From an uncultured Bacteroides sp. (GTDB lineage Bacteria; Bacteroidota; Bacteroidia; Bacteroidales; Bacteroidaceae), in the NCBI GenBank assembly GCA_944320295.1, contig CALUGY010000083.1, forward strand, positions 3,430 through 67,429: a stretch of 64,000 nt of DNA, in the 5' to 3' direction. Positions 22,689 through 32,612 of this stretch are shown here, one piece after another. Every line of letters starts with the position of its first letter. Positions within the stretch are counted from its first letter, which is position 1. Under the pieces are notes generated by a model. It worked only from the letters and a program-made list of their open reading frames with translations. It had not been told where the DNA came from and did no database searches. The translations under genes were made by a program, and so were the position numbers.

Positions 22689-23450
22689 ATGGCTATAAGC
22701 AAGAATCAGATAAAATACATACACTCGCTCCAACTGAAGAAGAACAGGAATGCTGACAACGTATTCCTGGCAGAGGGGCCTAAACTGGTTGGCGAATTGC
22801 TTGGGCATTTGCCTTGCCGGTTGCTTGTCGCGACGGCCGAATGGCTGTCCACCCACCCTGCCCCGCCGGCCGACGACATGGCCATTGTGTCTGAAGAAGA
22901 GCTGGCGCGTGCCAGTCTGCAAAAAACGCCCCAGCAGGTGCTCGCGGTCTTCCAGCAACCTCACAATGAATGGGACGCTTCTTGCCTCTCCCGTTCCTTA
23001 TGCTTGGCCCTCGACGGAGTACAAGACCCTGGTAATCTGGGTACTATCATCCGTCTTGCCGACTGGTTCGGCATCGAACACATATTCTGTTCCATGGATA
23101 CTGCCGATGCGTATAACCCGAAAGTGGTGCAGGCCACCATGGGAAGCATCTTGCGCGTCAATCTGCACTACACCTCTATACCCGACCTGATTCGTCGGTT
23201 GGACGGTGCGCCGATATACGGCACCTTCCTGGAGGGGGACAACATTTACTCGTCTCCCCTGTCGTCAAACGGCTTGATTATCATGGGAAATGAAGGCAAC
23301 GGAATCAGCCGGGAGGTGGAAAATCTTGTCACTCATAAACTCCACATCCCCAACTACCCCGCCAACCGACCGACGTCGGAATCGCTGAATGTCGCCGTGG
23401 CTACTGCAATCGTGTGCGCCGAGTTCCGTCGACAGGCCGCAATGCCGTAA
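22689..23450 (+). CDS. TrmH/SpoU family RNA methyltransferase
   Basis: LDGVQDPGNLGTIIR, MGNEGNG and ESLNVAVA SPOUT motifs. Start at MAISK. Confidence 0.93.
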   Translation: MAISKNQIKYIHSLQLKKNRNADNVFLAEGPKLVGELLGHLPCRLLVATAEWLSTHPAPPADDMAIVSEEELARASLQKTPQQVLAVFQQPHNEWDASCLSRSLCLALDGVQDPGNLGTIIRLADWFGIEHIFCSMDTADAYNPKVVQATMGSILRVNLHYTSIPDLIRRLDGAPIYGTFLEGDNIYSSPLSSNGLIIMGNEGNGISREVENLVTHKLHIPNYPANRPTSESLNVAVATAIVCAEFRRQAAMP

Positions 23451-23718
23451 GGTCAAAGGGGGAGTACCAATAAGGAGAAAGCCCGGAATATGCTTGCAGG
23501 TCCAAGGGAATAGCATCTATAATGGTGGGAACATTGAAAGGACAGGCTTCTGTCCCTTCGCCTTCCAACGCAATGACTCCGGGCAGCCAGACGGTATTTT
23601 CTGATTCACCTGCTACGGGAAATATCCGCTCGACACGGCCATGGGACACCTCAATCCCATGCATTTTCAAGTAACCGTGATTCGGGATGTATAGATAATG
23701 CGAAGCGAACTTTTTCAC
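23401..23718 (-). CDS. hypothetical protein (~105 aa)
   Basis: GTG start just past the upstream gene's stop; KKFASHYL...WLPG...PFDLT; last gene of the ileS-lspA run. Confidence 0.6.
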   Translation of the reverse strand: MKKFASHYLYIPNHGYLKMHGIEVSHGRVERIFPVAGESENTVWLPGVIALEGEGTEACPFNVPTIIDAIPLDLQAYSGLSPYWYSPFDLTALRPVDGTRRTRLQ

Positions 23719-23720
23719 CG

Positions 23721-24569
23721 CTACCTCTTTTCTCTTTTGGGAATCAGCGTACTGGAACTTGACTGGGGAGAGTGGTTCTTGTCTTCTTCGTTTGACTTGC
23801 TCTCCGTATCGTTTGCCGCATGATAGCGCATCAAGGTAATGCTGTCCAGTAAGATATGAGGCAGTCTGGGTGATGCAGGATAATAGACAAATCCCCTCAC
23901 TTCTTTCAATTTTCCTAACGTATCGGCCCACAGCTCAATGCTCCTTTTCCCCCTTTGGGTAACCTTATGGAGACTACTTAAGGTGTCGTTGGCATAAAGT
24001 ATCTGCATGGCCATTACAGGGGCATGGGCACTATCCATTGTCATTTCGTCATTCCAATGATAGCGGACGCTCCATCTCAACGTGTCCCTGTCTTTGAAAT
24101 TGGAGTCTGACGGCAAGACGAATGCCACTTTGTTGTTTAATGCACTACCGGACAGTTCATAAAGGTTTCTCCATGCCCAGACATTGATGCTGTCTCCCGG
24201 TTTGGAGGTTTTAGGTCTGTTGTCTCGTAGGGCTATCAGACCATCTAATTTTTCTTGCTCCTCCTTCAATCGGAGGTTCACCCTTTCATATATTTCCTTG
24301 AGAGACTCCGGATTGCGTGCGAACCACACCATGGACGAGTCGAACTGTGCTTTGGAGATTCCGTGCTTTTTATATACTGATTCGATATACAACACCCGCT
24401 TATAGCTTTCATTTTGCGGGATATCCTCTCCCATGACCTTGGCTATATGGTAGTCATAAAGTATCGCCTCCATCTTGGAATCCGATAAAACGGAGTCCGG
24501 CCTTTTGACCTTGCAGCCGGCCAGACAAAGAATTCCCAAGAACAGTATCCAACAATGGAGCCGCATCAC
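23721..24569 (-). CDS. DUF4296-like lipoprotein
   Basis: Lipobox LAGC; MEAILYDYH...FDSSMVWF pattern; lies downstream of lspA. Confidence 0.8.
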   Translation of the reverse strand: MMRLHCWILFLGILCLAGCKVKRPDSVLSDSKMEAILYDYHIAKVMGEDIPQNESYKRVLYIESVYKKHGISKAQFDSSMVWFARNPESLKEIYERVNLRLKEEQEKLDGLIALRDNRPKTSKPGDSINVWAWRNLYELSGSALNNKVAFVLPSDSNFKDRDTLRWSVRYHWNDEMTMDSAHAPVMAMQILYANDTLSSLHKVTQRGKRSIELWADTLGKLKEVRGFVYYPASPRLPHILLDSITLMRYHAANDTESKSNEEDKNHSPQSSSSTLIPKREKR

Positions 24570-24579
24570 ATTACAGATT

Positions 24580-25215
24580 TTATTTCTTCTTGCTCGTGAG
24601 CAAATGATAAGCTTCGCTAAACGATTGAGTATAAAACAGCAACAAAGCTATGGTGCCGCAACTGATTGCAGTATCCGCAAAATTGAATATCGGGCTAAAG
24701 AAGATGAAGTGATCCCCTCCGACAAAAGGCATCCACTCAGGCCAGTTTGTATCTATTATGGGGAAATAAAACATATCTACAACTTTACCATAAAACAAAG
24801 GAGCGTATCCCCCGCCCTCTGGCAAAAAAGTAGCAATCTGGCTTGGAGTACTTTCATTAAACAATACTCCATAAAATACGCTATCAATAATGTTTCCGAT
24901 AGCACCGGCCAATATAAGTGATATACAAATAATGAAACCGGCTTTCATCCCTTTTTTAGTAATCTTGTATAGAGCCCATCCAATTAATGCAACAGCCACT
25001 ATGCGGAATAATGTCAGGAATAGCTTTCCAAAAAGCTCCATGCCAAATGCCATACCCACATTTTCCGTGAAATATATATAGAACCAATCCGCAATTCGTA
25101 TATTTTCATGCCAATACATACTGGTCTTTACCCAGATTTTGATGGCTTGGTCTATTATTAGTACGCCTAATATTATGAATATAGCTATATTAGCTTTTGT
25201 CGCTATCTTATTCAT
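24580..25215 (-). CDS. lspA: lipoprotein signal peptidase II
   Basis: DQAIK, GMAFG, GAIGNIID, VVDM and FNFAD motifs. Confidence 0.94.
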   Translation of the reverse strand: MNKIATKANIAIFIILGVLIIDQAIKIWVKTSMYWHENIRIADWFYIYFTENVGMAFGMELFGKLFLTLFRIVAVALIGWALYKITKKGMKAGFIICISLILAGAIGNIIDSVFYGVLFNESTPSQIATFLPEGGGYAPLFYGKVVDMFYFPIIDTNWPEWMPFVGGDHFIFFSPIFNFADTAISCGTIALLLFYTQSFSEAYHLLTSKKK

Positions 25216-25250
25216 TATAATTATACAGATGGAACTTTAAAAGCAGAACT

Positions 25251-25631
25251 TTATTTCTTTCCGCTATTCTTCGCCTCGATGCTCAATGTGGCATGAGGTA
25301 CGGCACGCAACCGCTCGGCAGGAATCAATTTTCCGGTTTCACGACAAATGCCATAAGTCTTATTCTCAATACGCACTAATGCAGCTTGCAGGTTCTGAAT
25401 AAACTTCAATTGGCGTTGTGCCAATCGTGTCGTTTCTTCCTTGGAAAGAGTATTTGCACCTTCCTCCAAAACTTTATAGGTTGGAGACGTATCATCCGTA
25501 TCATTGCCATCTGCACCGGTCAAACTAGCTTTCAACATGTCATAATCACGTTGTGCCAATTCCAATTTTTCCATAATAATGGCGCGGAATTCTTCCAATT
25601 CAGCATCTGAATATCTTGTCTTTTCTGCCAT
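25251..25631 (-). CDS. TraR/DksA family transcription factor (single Cys)
   Basis: Coiled coil plus ALVRIENKTYGICRETGKLIPAERLRAVPHATLS. Confidence 0.9.
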   Translation of the reverse strand: MAEKTRYSDAELEEFRAIIMEKLELAQRDYDMLKASLTGADGNDTDDTSPTYKVLEEGANTLSKEETTRLAQRQLKFIQNLQAALVRIENKTYGICRETGKLIPAERLRAVPHATLSIEAKNSGKK

Positions 25632-25659
25632 AGAGCTATATTAGTTTTAAATTGTCGTT

Positions 25660-28600
25660 TTATTGTTTATCTTTTACAATGCTCACATAAAGAGAAAAAT
25701 CGTCGAACAAAAGCTCGGTTCCGTTTTCCACGTTATCGGCAAGTATTAAGTTTAGTCCCAAAACTTGGTTACAAATATAGTCTTTATATTCTGTTACTGC
25801 ATCGTCTGTTTGTGAATTTTTAGACAGAGTGATGTTTATTTTGTCTGTTATTTCCAGCCCTTTTGATTTACGGACATTTTGAATACGATTAACTAATTCA
25901 CGCGCAATACCTTCACGACGTAATTCTTCGGTCAAAGCTATTTCTAATGCAACAGTCAACTTACTATCATTCGCAACCAGCCAGCCGGGAATATCTTCGC
26001 TGAATATCTCAACATCGGAAGTTGTGACTACTGCTTCAGAACCATCAGCTATAGGAATTACATATGAACCATTCTTCTCAAGTGCTGCAATATCTTCTTG
26101 TGACATGTTTGAAACCGCAGTTGCAACTACTTTCATCTGTTTGCCAAACTTAGGGCCCAGTTTCTTAAAATCGCATTTTACTTTCTTTACTAAGATACCG
26201 GCAGTACTGTCCACAAACTTAACCTCTTTCACATTGACTTCATTCATGATAAGTGTTTTCACAGTTTCTATCTGTGAACGTTGTTTTTCATCAACGACTG
26301 GAATCATGATACATTGCAATGGTTGGCGGACCTTGATATTAACTTTTCGTCTTAAAGCTAGTACCATGGAAGTTATATCTTGCGCTATTTGCATGCGTGC
26401 TTCAAGTTCATTATCTATTATTCTCAAATCACACTCTGGGAATTTTGCAAGATGTACAGACAAGGCTTTCTCTTTCTTCGTTACCGATATCAAATCCATA
26501 TATAATTTATCAGCATAGAATGGAGAAATAGGAGCCATCAGCTTTGCTACAGTTTCCAGACAAGTATATAGCGTTTGATAGGCTGACAGTTTATCTTGAG
26601 TCATACCTCCTCCCCAGAAACGTTTACGGTTGAGTCTTACATACCAGTTAGACAGGTTTTCACTAACAAAATCAGAGATAAGACGTCCAGCTTTTGTAGG
26701 TTCATATTCATTATAACAGGTATCTACTTTTTTAATCAAAGTATTCAGTACAGACAGAATCCAACGATCTACTTCCGGTCGTTCATTCAATGGGATATCT
26801 GCTTCTTTATATTCAAAACCGTCAACGTTAGCATATAGAGCGAAGAATGAATAAGTATTATACAACGTTCCGAAGAATTTACGGCGCACTTCTTCTACCC
26901 CATCCACATCAAACTTCAAGTTGTCCCAAGGAGAAGAGTTTGTTACCATATACCAACGCAAAGGGTCTGAACCGTATTCTTCTATAATAGCAAAAGGATC
27001 TATGGCATTACCTAAACGTTTGGACATTTTATTCCCATTCTTATCAAGCACAAGCCCATTAGATATAACAGCTTTGTATGCAACACTATCGAAAACCATT
27101 GTAGCAATGGCATGTAAAGTAAAAAACCAACCACGTGTTTGATCTACTCCTTCCGCAATAAAATCTGCCGGATAGACTTGGTGGGTATCCAACAATTCTT
27201 TATTCTCAAAAGGATAATGTATTTGTGCATAAGGCATTGAACCAGAATCAAACCAAACATCTATCAAATCCGATTCACGCTTCATTGGTTTTCCATCCTT
27301 TGATACAAGAATAATCTCGTCTACATAAGGGCGATGCAAATCTATCTTGTCATAATTTTCTTTGGTATAGACTCCGGGGTGGAAATCTCTATCTTTATAT
27401 GGATTGGAAGTCATGATGCCAGCAGATACGGACTTCTCTATTTCATTGTAGAGCTCTTCCACCGACTCAATGCATTTTTCCTCACTACCATCTTCCGTAC
27501 GCCAAATCGGTAGTGGAGAGCCCCAATAGCGCGAACGGCTTAGATTCCAATCATTCAAATTTTCCAGCCACTTGCCAAAACGTCCCGTTCCTGTCGATTC
27601 AGGTTTCCAGTTTATCGTTTTATTCAACTCTATCATACGTTCTTTGCAGGCCGTACTACGAATAAACCAGCTATCCAACGGATAATATAATATGGGCTTA
27701 TCTGTACGCCAGCAATGTGGGTAATTATGAACGTGCTTTTCTATTTTGAATGCCAGTTTAGAGGCTTTCAGCATCATGCACAAATACAAATCCAGCGACT
27801 CAGCGGCTTGTGCAGCTCGCTCATCATATTTCCCGTCAATGGTAAATTGAGGGTCGTATGCATTCTTCACCCAGCGGCCTTCGTATTCCTTATATTTCTC
27901 AACATCTACACATTGGCGAACAAACTCATCATCCAATTCATCCAACAAGTAGAACTTCCCGGTAAGATCGACCATCGGACGAGTCTCGCCACGCTTATTT
28001 ATCATGAACAATGAAGGAATGCCTGCCGCACGGGCAACCTGGGCATCGTCTGCACCGAATGTAGGTGCAATATGTACGATTCCCGTACCATCTTCGGTTG
28101 TCACATAGTCACCGGCAATGACTCGGAAAGCACTATTGCTTACCTTCCATTGCTTTTTATCGTCTATTTCTACTGGTTTCACCCAAGGTATGAGTTGCTC
28201 ATACTCCATGCCAATTAGGTCTATACCTTTATATTCCCCTACAATCTTGAACGGAATTAGTTTGTCGCCTTGTTTGTACTCCTCCAACGCGATATTTTCC
28301 GCTTTTTTGTTGAAATGGGCATACAGCAATTCTTCTGCCAACACAACCGTTATCTTGTCTCCACTATACCCATTATAGGTTTGTACGGCTACATAATCGA
28401 ATTTTGGACCTACGCAAAGGGCTGTGTTCGAAGGCAATGTCCACGGAGTTGTGGTCCATGCCAAAAAGTAAGGAGTTCCCCACCCTGTCATTTCCGGTTT
28501 AGGGTTCTTTATTTTGAACTGACTCACAACGGTGAGGTCTTTTACATCGCGGTAACATCCCGGCTGATTTAATTCGTGAGAGCTAAGTCCCGTGCCGGCG

Positions 28601-29157
28601 GCGGGAGAATAAGGCTGAATGGTATAACCCTTATATAGCAGACCTTTCTTGTAAAGTTGCTTTAACAGCCACCACAAGGTTTCAATGTAACGGTTATCAT
28701 ACGTGATATACGGATCTTTCATATCCACCCAGTAGCCCATTTTGTGCGTCAAGTCTTCCCATTCTTTGGTATATTTCATGACGTCCTTACGGCACGCTGC
28801 ATTATAATTTGCTACAGAAATGTTTTTGCCAATATCCTCTTTGGTAATTCCTAAAGACTTTTCTACTCCTAATTCTACGGGAAGGCCATGTGTATCCCAT
28901 CCGGCTTTACGTTTCACCTGATAGCCTTTCATCGTTTTATAACGGCAAAAAATATCCTTGATGGAACGTGCTATCACATGGTGAATGCCTGGCATACCAT
29001 TTGCTGAAGGGGGGCCTTCGAAAAATACAAAAGACGGGCATCCTTCGCGTTCGGCCATGCTTTTAGCAAAGACTTGATTCTCGTCCCACTGGGCCAATAT
29101 CTCTTTATTTACTTTTGAAAGGTCTAAATTAGAATATTCAGTAAATTTTTTATCCAT
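25660..29157 (-). CDS. ileS: isoleucine--tRNA ligase (type 2)
   Basis: GPPSANG, GWDTHGLP, WTTTPWT, SRSRYWG and KMSKR motifs. Confidence 0.97.
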   Translation of the reverse strand: MDKKFTEYSNLDLSKVNKEILAQWDENQVFAKSMAEREGCPSFVFFEGPPSANGMPGIHHVIARSIKDIFCRYKTMKGYQVKRKAGWDTHGLPVELGVEKSLGITKEDIGKNISVANYNAACRKDVMKYTKEWEDLTHKMGYWVDMKDPYITYDNRYIETLWWLLKQLYKKGLLYKGYTIQPYSPAAGTGLSSHELNQPGCYRDVKDLTVVSQFKIKNPKPEMTGWGTPYFLAWTTTPWTLPSNTALCVGPKFDYVAVQTYNGYSGDKITVVLAEELLYAHFNKKAENIALEEYKQGDKLIPFKIVGEYKGIDLIGMEYEQLIPWVKPVEIDDKKQWKVSNSAFRVIAGDYVTTEDGTGIVHIAPTFGADDAQVARAAGIPSLFMINKRGETRPMVDLTGKFYLLDELDDEFVRQCVDVEKYKEYEGRWVKNAYDPQFTIDGKYDERAAQAAESLDLYLCMMLKASKLAFKIEKHVHNYPHCWRTDKPILYYPLDSWFIRSTACKERMIELNKTINWKPESTGTGRFGKWLENLNDWNLSRSRYWGSPLPIWRTEDGSEEKCIESVEELYNEIEKSVSAGIMTSNPYKDRDFHPGVYTKENYDKIDLHRPYVDEIILVSKDGKPMKRESDLIDVWFDSGSMPYAQIHYPFENKELLDTHQVYPADFIAEGVDQTRGWFFTLHAIATMVFDSVAYKAVISNGLVLDKNGNKMSKRLGNAIDPFAIIEEYGSDPLRWYMVTNSSPWDNLKFDVDGVEEVRRKFFGTLYNTYSFFALYANVDGFEYKEADIPLNERPEVDRWILSVLNTLIKKVDTCYNEYEPTKAGRLISDFVSENLSNWYVRLNRKRFWGGGMTQDKLSAYQTLYTCLETVAKLMAPISPFYADKLYMDLISVTKKEKALSVHLAKFPECDLRIIDNELEARMQIAQDITSMVLALRRKVNIKVRQPLQCIMIPVVDEKQRSQIETVKTLIMNEVNVKEVKFVDSTAGILVKKVKCDFKKLGPKFGKQMKVVATAVSNMSQEDIAALEKNGSYVIPIADGSEAVVTTSDVEIFSEDIPGWLVANDSKLTVALEIALTEELRREGIARELVNRIQNVRKSKGLEITDKINITLSKNSQTDDAVTEYKDYICNQVLGLNLILADNVENGTELLFDDFSLYVSIVKDKQ

Positions 29158-29305
29158 GTTGTTCTTTTACTATTTGGCAAATTCTGGGCTGCAAATTTAA
29201 GAAAATACTTAGATAAAAGGATATACCTTATTGAAAAAACTCATACTGGAGGGAGTTTCCGTCAGTTTTCCTATCAAAGGTTTTGTCGGAAATGGACTGG
29301 AAGGT

Positions 29306-30013
29306 TTACATTTTCAGATAGAAGTCGCGTGTTAAAGCGATGTAGTTATCAGTATATTCGTGATTTTCTGTTTCGATGTAAAGGTTGTCTATGGTACATG
29401 GCCCTTGTAATGATTTGAAAGACATTAGTACTCTTTTACACTTTTTCTTGGGACTAGTATACACATTTGTTCGGCGGAATAAATGCAATTCATGGCTCCA
29501 CGCTGTGTCTATGGCTATGGAAGCAAGTTCGGCTGGTACAATGATACTAACCGTACCTTGCGGGGCGAGTAAATGGGAGGAGTGGCGGAAAAGTAAATCA
29601 TAGCTTAAATCTTGGGCATGCCGGGCTGTATTACGTCGAGAATCAGGACATTTCAAATCGTTCATGAAGTAAGGTGGGTTTGACACTATTACGTCGTATT
29701 TTACTTTTGGGAAATAGTCTTTGAAATGGCAGCAAATTACTTCCATTCTGTTTTTCCAGTTGGAGCGATTTATGTTTTCTGTTGCTTGTACGGCTGCTGG
29801 TTCATCTATTTCTACCGCTGTTATATGGGCATACGGGTTTCTTTGCGCCAATTGTAATGAAATCAGTCCTGTCCCCGTTCCTACATCAAGTATTTGTCGA
29901 GCTCCGGTCACGTTAGTCCAAGCTCCCAGCAAGACACCGTCCGTGCCTACCTTCATGGCACAATTGTCTTGGTAAATTACAAATTGCTTGAATCTGAAAT
30001 AGGGATTAGACAT
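29306..30013 (-). CDS. tRNA1(Val) (adenine37-N6)-methyltransferase
   Basis: FRFKQF...AMKVGTDGVLLG, LDVGTGTG and SNPPYF (YfiC/TrmN6-like). Confidence 0.9.
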   Translation of the reverse strand: MSNPYFRFKQFVIYQDNCAMKVGTDGVLLGAWTNVTGARQILDVGTGTGLISLQLAQRNPYAHITAVEIDEPAAVQATENINRSNWKNRMEVICCHFKDYFPKVKYDVIVSNPPYFMNDLKCPDSRRNTARHAQDLSYDLLFRHSSHLLAPQGTVSIIVPAELASIAIDTAWSHELHLFRRTNVYTSPKKKCKRVLMSFKSLQGPCTIDNLYIETENHEYTDNYIALTRDFYLKM

Positions 30014-30052
30014 GTGTCTTAGGGCACTTGTAGAGACTATAATGTAATATTA

Positions 30053-31066
30053 TCACTTCTTTTTTAAATATATGATGGTAGGCAAGTGATCACTATATCC
30101 GTCAAGCCAAGTTCTCCCTCCATGAGTACGGAGCGGGTATCCTTTATACTGGCCGTCTTGTTGGAAGAGGTACGGGCGGGAGAATATTTCATGACCTGCG
30201 TAGCGTAAGCCCCGACGTGACTTCAATAAGGTGCGGGATATGATGATTTGGTCAAAGAGATTCCACTTGCCACGATAGAGTAACGTCCCTTTGCTTTCAT
30301 CTTCCAAGGTGGCCCACCAAGGGTTGTAAAGCTCGCCTTTCTTCACCTGCTTAGGGTATTTACGAGTGCCGAGGGCTTGTAGGCTCTCATCCATTGGGTC
30401 GTCGTTCAAGTCGCCCATGATGACCAGTTTCATGCGTTTATGTTCACGGAGTAGCGAGTCTTTCAGCGCTTTTACTTGCTGGGCTGCATGTATGCGAACG
30501 GGGGATGCTGCACCCCGCGAAGGCCAATGGTTTACGATAACACCAATCCGTTCGTCGGCAAGAAATCCCTCTATAATGAGGAATCCCCGTGTGAGGTGTA
30601 TGGTGTCTCCTTCGAAAGGTGTGGATGGTATGAGCTTCGAGGAGGTGACGTTGAACTGTACGGGGTCATAAAGCAGGGCGCAGTCTATGCCACGCTTGTC
30701 GGGACCTTCGTAGTGTATATATTTATAATGTGAAAGGGAGGGCTGGGCAAGGAGATCGTGTAACACTCGTGCGTTTTCTACTTCAGCCAGTCCGATACAG
30801 GCCGGGCCTTGGGGAACTCGTTCGCGGGAGAGGCTTGAAAGTACTTGAGCCAAGCGTAGGAGTTTGGATTCATACTTGCGACTCCCCCAGCGGTAACGGC
30901 CATCAGGCAGGAAGTCGTGATCGTTTTTGCCAGGGTCGTGGATGGTGTCGAACAAATTTTCCACGTTGTAAAAGGCGATGCTGTAAAGATTATGATGTCG
31001 GTTTTGGGCCGGGGTGGCTAATCGAGCACATATCAGGAAGAGGATGAAGAATAACAGCTTTTTCAT
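30053..31066 (-). CDS. secreted endonuclease/exonuclease/phosphatase family protein
   Basis: Signal peptide; FYNVENLFD, NHWPSR, MGDLND and SDHLP motifs. Confidence 0.9.
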   Translation of the reverse strand: MKKLLFFILFLICARLATPAQNRHHNLYSIAFYNVENLFDTIHDPGKNDHDFLPDGRYRWGSRKYESKLLRLAQVLSSLSRERVPQGPACIGLAEVENARVLHDLLAQPSLSHYKYIHYEGPDKRGIDCALLYDPVQFNVTSSKLIPSTPFEGDTIHLTRGFLIIEGFLADERIGVIVNHWPSRGAASPVRIHAAQQVKALKDSLLREHKRMKLVIMGDLNDDPMDESLQALGTRKYPKQVKKGELYNPWWATLEDESKGTLLYRGKWNLFDQIIISRTLLKSRRGLRYAGHEIFSRPYLFQQDGQYKGYPLRTHGGRTWLDGYSDHLPTIIYLKKK

Positions 31067-31244
31067 ACGGAATTATTGAGTTTTATGTTGCAAAAATCAG
31101 AAAATAAACTGGAGAAAACTAATTTTACCGGGTTCTTTTTGTAATATTTCCAAGAATTACTCTATCTTTGCAGCTCGAAAAGTGACCATTACACTACTTT
31201 ATTACCAAAAGTAACCGTATAACAAGATTAAAACTAACAAGGAA

Positions 31245-31499
31245 ATGAAGAAAGGTATCCATCCTGAAAATTATCGTCCCGTGGTGTTTAAAGACATGTC
31301 TAACGGTGACATGTTTCTTTCACGCTCTACGTGTAGCACGAAAGACACGATTGAGTTTGAAGGCGAAACTTATCCGTTGGTGAAACTGGAAATTTCCAGT
31401 AGTTCGCACCCCTTCTATACAGGTAAGTCGAAGTTGGTAGACACAGCAGGGCGTGTGGACAAGTTCATGAGTCGTTATGGCAACAGTCGCAAGAAATAA
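31245..31499 (+). CDS. rpmE2: 50S ribosomal protein L31 type B
   Basis: [10 protein letters not shown]...SHPFYTGK...GRVDKF; TATCTTTG promoter element at 31163. Confidence 0.96.
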   Translation: MKKGIHPENYRPVVFKDMSNGDMFLSRSTCSTKDTIEFEGETYPLVKLEISSSSHPFYTGKSKLVDTAGRVDKFMSRYGNSRKK

Positions 31500-31513
31500 C
31501 CGCGGCGATAGTG

Positions 31514-31562
31514 TATTACGAAAGAAGCCATTCCAAATTAAGGGATGGCTTCTTTCGTAATA
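31514..31562. terminator. terminator-like hairpin between rpmE2 and menA
   Basis: tattacgaaagaagccat/atggcttctttcgtaata 18-bp inverted repeat. Confidence 0.8.
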
Positions 31563-31697
31563 TGGAACTAACCTATAATCCGTTTCTTTTTGGTCGTTAT
31601 CTAAATGTAAGCGTTCTGTATGGCTTATGCAAGTATTGTATGCATTTGAGGGGGGAGCTGTCTTATATATCTTGCTAACCTTGTCTGGTAGAGTTTA

Positions 31698-32612
31698 TCA
31701 TAATAGTGTGAGGAGAAACAGGAAACATAAACTGGCACCCAGTAGTAGAATATTGCGTGAAGCCATGACTAATACTGTATTGAGGGCGCGACCGTGACTT
31801 ATGGTTCTCATACGTTGCCAAGAGTCAATATGAGCCCATAAGTATGGTACAGGTATGATAGCACTCCAAGCATCTGTTACAGGCACGAAGTGTAAGCATA
31901 ATGCGGCGGCAGAGATGCCCAATATGAGATAGAACCATTCGCCGAACTTCGATCCCAACATTGATATAAGTGTGCGTTTATCGTTTGCACGATCCTGATA
32001 GCGGTCGCGATAGTTATTTACCACCAATAGCGTGTCTATACCCAATCCGCATGTCGTAGCGGCTATCCAACAGTCTATCGTGATACGCGTCGTTTGTACA
32101 TAGTACGTACCACATACGGGTACTAAACCGAAGAACACGATGACGAGTATATCGCCCATTGCGCGCCTTGACATCCACGTGGTGTAAAGGAAAGTGAATG
32201 CCACACATAATCCGCCCACAACCATTAGTTCCCATCCTCTAAAAGGTAAGGAAGGAGCAGTACATACCAGTATGCCCTCTCCGATGATACAGGCAATCAC
32301 AAGCGTGATGCTGATACCAGTAATCATGGTGTGTGGCGTTATCCATCCTTGCGTGCAGGCCCGTTCAGGCCCCAACCGGCCTTCACCATCAGCTCCGCGT
32401 CGGAAGTCGAACAGGTCATTTATCAAGTTGGCTGCTATTTGCATCATCCCTGCAAAGATAAAGCACATCAAGGCGGGAAATAGGCGGAAGTGTCCATCGA
32501 CTGTAGCCAGTACCGTCCCCACGACTACAGGTGTAACAGCAGCCGTTAGTGTCTTGGGACGCGCGGCCAATAGCCATGCTTTTGGTGAGTTGGTCTTAAT
32601 GCTATTTTTCAT
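31698..32612 (-). CDS. menA: 1,4-dihydroxy-2-naphthoate octaprenyltransferase
   Basis: WLLAARPKTL, NLINDLFDF..GAD and NNYRD...D UbiA-family motifs; multiple TM segments. Confidence 0.9.
   Translation of the reverse strand: MKNSIKTNSPKAWLLAARPKTLTAAVTPVVVGTVLATVDGHFRLFPALMCFIFAGMMQIAANLINDLFDFRRGADGEGRLGPERACTQGWITPHTMITGISITLVIACIIGEGILVCTAPSLPFRGWELMVVGGLCVAFTFLYTTWMSRRAMGDILVIVFFGLVPVCGTYYVQTTRITIDCWIAATTCGLGIDTLLVVNNYRDRYQDRANDKRTLISMLGSKFGEWFYLILGISAAALCLHFVPVTDAWSAIIPVPYLWAHIDSWQRMRTISHGRALNTVLVMASRNILLLGASLCFLFLLTLL

Noticed and set aside
25251-31499. Zinc-free DksA-like protein and type B L31 as a zinc-starvation signature
   Set aside because: Both forms are, to my knowledge, the normal versions in Bacteroidetes, and the genes are not co-transcribed.
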